DNA of 64,000 nucleotides from Candidatus Nanohaloarchaea archaeon (GTDB lineage Archaea; Nanohalarchaeota; Nanosalinia; Nanosalinales; Nanosalinaceae): NCBI GenBank assembly GCA_041640035.1, contig JBEQBC010000001.1, positions 160,001 to 224,000 of the forward strand, read 5' to 3'. Shown piece by piece: positions 60,128 to 64,000 of this stretch (position 1 is its first letter; each line of letters starts with the position of its first letter). The notes under the pieces were generated by a model. It saw only the letters and a program-made list of their open reading frames with translations, ran no database searches and was not told where the DNA came from. The position numbers and the translations under genes were made by a program.

Positions 60128-60333
60128 ACCATGCCTGTTAGTAACTTAACGGTTTTAAATGTTGTTCAGTTCCACATCTTTTCCAGAGAACCTGCGAGCC
60201 ATCTATATAAATCTAGGTCGAGTATACTTTGGTAGAGCGAGCACGGTCTGTCTAAGCGGATCGTTGTTAGAGAACTGCTCTGAATTTAAGTTTCTGATCT
60301 ATTATACAAACAAAAAATGGAGGATAAAGGATA

Positions 60334-60990
60334 ATGGTTGAACAGATGCAACACCGTCAGCAGAAGGAAATGGAAGAATTCGAAACCGGTACTACAACAC
60401 TAGGACTTACAACAGAAGAAGGAGTCATCCTGGCAGCAGACAAAAGAGCTGCACTGGGAGGACGACTGGTAAGCAACAAGCACGCCAAGAAAGTCTTTGA
60501 ACTGGATGACCAGCTAGGACTTACGATCGCAGGAAGCGTAGGAGACGCACAGAAGATTGTCCGCGTAATGAGAAGCCAGCTGAACCTGCACAAGCTAGAG
60601 ACCAAGGAGCTTTCGGTCAAAGGAGCAGGAACACTACTCTCTAACATCCTGCACGGCAACAAGATGATGCCGTTTATGAACCAGTTCATCCTTGGAGGAG
60701 TAAGAGAAGACGAAGGCGGAATTGTTTACAGCCTTGACCCTGCAGGAGGACTAATGGGACATGAAGACTACACAGCTACGGGTTCCGGAAGCCAGATGGC
60801 ATTCGGAGTACTCGAAGACAACTACGAACATGGTATGGATCACGAGGAAGCTAAGGAAGTAGCTGCCAACGCAATCGAGGCAGCGATGGAAAGAGATACA
60901 GCTTCCGGAAACGGTATCATGGTCGCTGAGATCACTGAGGACGGTTATGATGTAGTCAGTGATCAGGAAGTTGAATCCAAGCTGAAGTGA
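60334..60990 (+). CDS. psmB: Proteasome beta subunit
   Basis: Propeptide ending ETG then TTT, AADKRA, ATGSGS, ERDTASG. Confidence 0.96.
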   Translation: MVEQMQHRQQKEMEEFETGTTTLGLTTEEGVILAADKRAALGGRLVSNKHAKKVFELDDQLGLTIAGSVGDAQKIVRVMRSQLNLHKLETKELSVKGAGTLLSNILHGNKMMPFMNQFILGGVREDEGGIVYSLDPAGGLMGHEDYTATGSGSQMAFGVLEDNYEHGMDHEEAKEVAANAIEAAMERDTASGNGIMVAEITEDGYDVVSDQEVESKLK

Positions 60991-61009
60991 TTATATAAGA
61001 GTAGGCTTC

Positions 61010-61114
61010 GTTTACAGGTTTTACCGAAAAGGGGTTTTCTCCCTGTAAATTTTTGTTATACACGAAAAACCCTTTTCTCACGATTTACTCATTCAATAGA
61101 GGTTTACAGAATTT
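61010..61114 (+). promoter_or_regulatory. Structured leader upstream of aCPSF1 with alternative pairings
   Basis: Stem 61026-39/61064-77; loop CTGTAAA can pair with 61011-17 or 61103-09. Confidence 0.45.
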
Positions 61115-62989
61115 ATGGAAGAACTTGATGACATTAAAGACATGCTGCCGGATAACGCACAGGTTGACGAACTTCGATACGAAGCTTCAGATATCGTAGT
61201 CTACACTGGTAGCAAAGAATTTTTCTTGAATAACTCAGATGTTGTAAAAGAAATTGTATCCAAAATCAAGAAGCGAGTGGAGATCAGACCTTCATCCAAA
61301 CTATTCATGGATCCAGAACGAGCAGAAGAGAAAGTTCATGAGGTAGTTAGTGATGATGCAGGTCTTGAAGAAGTTATTTTCCAGCCTTCACTCGGTAAAA
61401 TGATACTAAGAGCAGAAAAACCTGGAAAGGTAATTGGGAACAACGGCAGAGGACTTGACGAACTAAGAGAGAAAACGATGTGGAGTCCACAGGTCGAAAG
61501 AGTTCCTGCAATCCAGTCAAATGTAGTTGACCGAGCAAGAGAGCTTACAGTAGAGGATCCAGAGTTCAGGAAAGACTTCCTCCACGATGTAGGTCAGAAG
61601 ATCAGACTGGACAAATCAGTAGGAGATGAATGGATAAGAATCTCCTCACTAGGAGGATTCCGGCAGGTAGGGCGCTCATGCGTACTACTTCAGACAGAGG
61701 AATCAAATGTACTGATGGACTGTGGAATCGATCCAAGCGCTGAACCAGGCAGTAGGGAGAACTTCCCGTACCTGAACGCACCTGAACTGAACCTTCAGGA
61801 ACTTGATGCAGTGATTCTATCACACGCACATATGGACCATGTCGGAATGATACCGTACCTGTACAAGATGGGGTATGATGGCCCGCTTTACTGTACAGAA
61901 CCGACCAGAGATCTGATGATTATGCTTACACTGGATTACATCGGCCTGGCGCATTCAGAGAACAACAAGGCGCCTTATGACTCCAGTGCGATTAAAAAGG
62001 CGGTCAAGCGTACAATTACTCCTGATTATGGAGAGGTTACTGATATCACTCCGGATATGCGTTTGACTTTGAGAAACTCAGGTCATATCATCGGAAGTGC
62101 ATTGACCCATATCCATGTTGGAGAAGGACTGCACAACATCCTGTACACCGGAGATTACAACTATGATACTACAGAGATGCTGAGTCCTGCATCCACCAAC
62201 TTCCAGAGAGTGGAGACCATGATCACAGAATCCACTTACGGTGGACGCGACGACGAGCAGACTCCGCGTGAGGAAGCGAACAAGAAGTTCCTCTCCAAGG
62301 TTAAACAGACATTGAACAAGGGAGGAAAGGTTATCGTTCCGGCGTTCGCTGTCGGTAGAAGCCAGGAAGTACTTGGTCTTCTCGCAGATGAGATGGACCG
62401 AAGCTACTTCGACTACAATGTATACATAGACGGTATGATCAACGATGTCAACGCGTTGCATACCGCTTACCCTGAGTTCCTTTCCGATAAAGTACAGAAC
62501 AAGGTGCACCGAGAGGACTCACCTTTCCTCAAGGAGAACATCGAGGTCATAGGAAGCCACCGGGAGCGTGAACAAGTGAAGGAAGACGATGGATGCGTTA
62601 TTCTGACAACTTCCGGAAGCCTCACAGGAGGCCCCGTTCTCTCATACCTGAAAGAGTTCGCCGACGACCCAGACAACGCACTGGTCTTCGTAGGATACCA
62701 GTTCGAAGGATCACTAGGACGAAAGATTCAGGAAGGAGCCGACCATGTAGAGATCGACGGCGAGTCAGTAGAAGTCAATCTTGAAACAGAAACCGTATCA
62801 GGTTTCTCAGCACATAGCGACAGACAGCAGATAATCAACTTTGCGAAGAACCTGCGTTCCAGTCCAAGAAGAGTGTTCACTAACCACGGGGAGGAGAAGA
62901 AATGCTTCAGCCTAGCTTCCACACTTCATAAAGTGCTGAATATCGATACATCCGCACCTCAGAACCTGGAAGTCAACAGGCTGGAATAA
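61115..62989 (+). CDS. fttA: Beta-CASP ribonuclease aCPSF1 / transcription termination factor FttA
   Basis: N-terminal KH domains, LGGFRQVGRS, HAHMDH, GHIIGS, GFSAHSD, HGE; follows psmB. Confidence 0.95.
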   Translation: MEELDDIKDMLPDNAQVDELRYEASDIVVYTGSKEFFLNNSDVVKEIVSKIKKRVEIRPSSKLFMDPERAEEKVHEVVSDDAGLEEVIFQPSLGKMILRAEKPGKVIGNNGRGLDELREKTMWSPQVERVPAIQSNVVDRARELTVEDPEFRKDFLHDVGQKIRLDKSVGDEWIRISSLGGFRQVGRSCVLLQTEESNVLMDCGIDPSAEPGSRENFPYLNAPELNLQELDAVILSHAHMDHVGMIPYLYKMGYDGPLYCTEPTRDLMIMLTLDYIGLAHSENNKAPYDSSAIKKAVKRTITPDYGEVTDITPDMRLTLRNSGHIIGSALTHIHVGEGLHNILYTGDYNYDTTEMLSPASTNFQRVETMITESTYGGRDDEQTPREEANKKFLSKVKQTLNKGGKVIVPAFAVGRSQEVLGLLADEMDRSYFDYNVYIDGMINDVNALHTAYPEFLSDKVQNKVHREDSPFLKENIEVIGSHREREQVKEDDGCVILTTSGSLTGGPVLSYLKEFADDPDNALVFVGYQFEGSLGRKIQEGADHVEIDGESVEVNLETETVSGFSAHSDRQQIINFAKNLRSSPRRVFTNHGEEKKCFSLASTLHKVLNIDTSAPQNLEVNRLE

Positions 62990-63006
62990 CGCCTTTAATC
63001 CTCTCT

Positions 63007-63549
63007 TTATTTTTCTCCATATTCTATTGGTATCTTTCTAGCAGTATTGTTCTGAATTTCTGCAGTAGCTATTACTACACCGTTGCCTCTGACTGTTCCA
63101 TTTTCTACATTGATCGTTTCTGGTCGGTATCCAGGGAAGACAAATATTTGATCACCATTCAGTATTTTACTGGAGACATTACCTCTTGGGCCTATTACCG
63201 TCAGTGTATCGTTGATCTGAAGTTCTCCATCAATAGCGGATTTGTTCTCCTTACTTCGCCACCTACCTTGGCTAACCCTTCTCTCACCGCTGATTACTGC
63301 TGGAAAAGTACTTTTATCCCGTCTTATGAACACATTTAGGTTTAAAGGTTCTGAATTTGTGGTGTCTTTAACCATAATCTGTGCTGTTTGATTGCTTTGA
63401 TTATAGCTGATATCAAGCTCCGGTATCTCAAGGATACTTTCTTCAATCGAGGGCGAGGGATTCAGGGTACTGTTAAAACTGACTATGTAAACTGACAGAA
63501 TCGCTATCATAAGGACTGATAGCAGAGGGATTAATTTTGTACTTTTCAT
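63007..63549 (-). CDS. Membrane-anchored hypothetical protein
   Basis: N-terminal hydrophobic helix; starts 1 nt after the protease stop. Confidence 0.65.
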   Translation of the reverse strand: MKSTKLIPLLSVLMIAILSVYIVSFNSTLNPSPSIEESILEIPELDISYNQSNQTAQIMVKDTTNSEPLNLNVFIRRDKSTFPAVISGERRVSQGRWRSKENKSAIDGELQINDTLTVIGPRGNVSSKILNGDQIFVFPGYRPETINVENGTVRGNGVVIATAEIQNNTARKIPIEYGEK

Positions 63550-63550
63550 T

Positions 63551-64000
63551 TCAGTAGAAGGTTCCTCCTAATTCGTTTTCAACAGTTTCAGCGCTTGTTC
63601 CTATAATGCGTTCGTAGTAATCATCACCATTACTGTCGTACTTTCCTATATGTACACCACCGATTTTGGCATTATGATGGTTGTCAGAGGAGTCATAAAC
63701 TTCTAGAAAATAAGGTCCACCGGAGTCCCCACCTTCTGATGTGCGCGTATCGAGGGTTACAGCTTGTACGTTGCCAAAGATATCTTCAATAACTCCATCT
63801 ACATATGTACTAACGCGACAACTTGTTTGTCCTTGCATATTCATATCCCAGCTTTGATCGTCTACATGGTTTCGGAGGGCATCATCAGTTAAAACCCCGG
63901 ATTCAAGTTCTCGATTTTTATTGCTAGTGTAATCGCTCGAGGCTATCCACTCTATAGGGTCTATATCTCCGGTTGGCTCTATGAAGGTACAATCAATATA
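63551..64000 (-). CDS. Chymotrypsin-like (S1) serine protease, 5'-partial
   Basis: GGDSGGP and GVH motifs; frame open to the window edge with IDCTFI as candidate catalytic Asp. Confidence 0.8.
   Translation of the reverse strand, partial: YIDCTFIEPTGDIDPIEWIASSDYTSNKNRELESGVLTDDALRNHVDDQSWDMNMQGQTSCRVSTYVDGVIEDIFGNVQAVTLDTRTSEGGDSGGPYFLEVYDSSDNHHNAKIGGVHIGKYDSNGDDYYERIIGTSAETVENELGGTFY

Noticed and set aside
61115-62989. aCPSF1 as a dedicated member of the leader-peptide cluster
   Set aside because: psmB-aCPSF1 is a conserved archaeal pair, so proximity is probably incidental

Overview
64 kb of a compact archaeal genome, most consistent with a Nanohaloarchaeon (DPANN): highly acidic proteins, tight gene packing, TTTAAA-type boxes about 25 nt before many apparently leaderless starts, and GGTGA/GGAGGT Shine-Dalgarno (SD) motifs inside operons. 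The left ~30 kb is largely housekeeping (HerA-like ATPase, Hef, archaeosortase, prepilin peptidase, pilus ATPase, LX-prefoldin-FtsY, SRP54, Pus10, L21e-RpoF-DUF655-KsgA-PyrG-HemK). A mosaic island of large secreted proteins follows (30.8-41.4 kb). The most unusual biology is at 41.4-60.2 kb. (i) A second, bacterial-type prolyl-tRNA synthetase has no proline in 401 aa and is preceded by two tandem single-Pro upstream ORFs (uORFs) set in hairpins, beside the normal archaeal ProRS. (ii) An AT-rich stand-alone Abi/DRT-like reverse transcriptase follows proS. (iii) A minus-strand cluster holds amide-forming enzymes (two glutamate-cysteine-ligase-like, one ATP-grasp, one GNAT), three of them paired with an amide hydrolase. 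Each of these four units begins with an unannotated uORF (Ile-rich, Phe-rich, Tyr/Phe-rich or GGRV-motif), and three of the four uORFs are followed by a strong hairpin. Together this looks like ribosome-mediated amino-acid sensing (attenuation-like) in a DPANN archaeon; that reading is inference. The window ends with proteasome beta, aCPSF1/FttA and a partial S1 protease. No rRNA, tRNA, CRISPR array or transposase was recognised. All calls come from reading motifs by eye; no searches were run.
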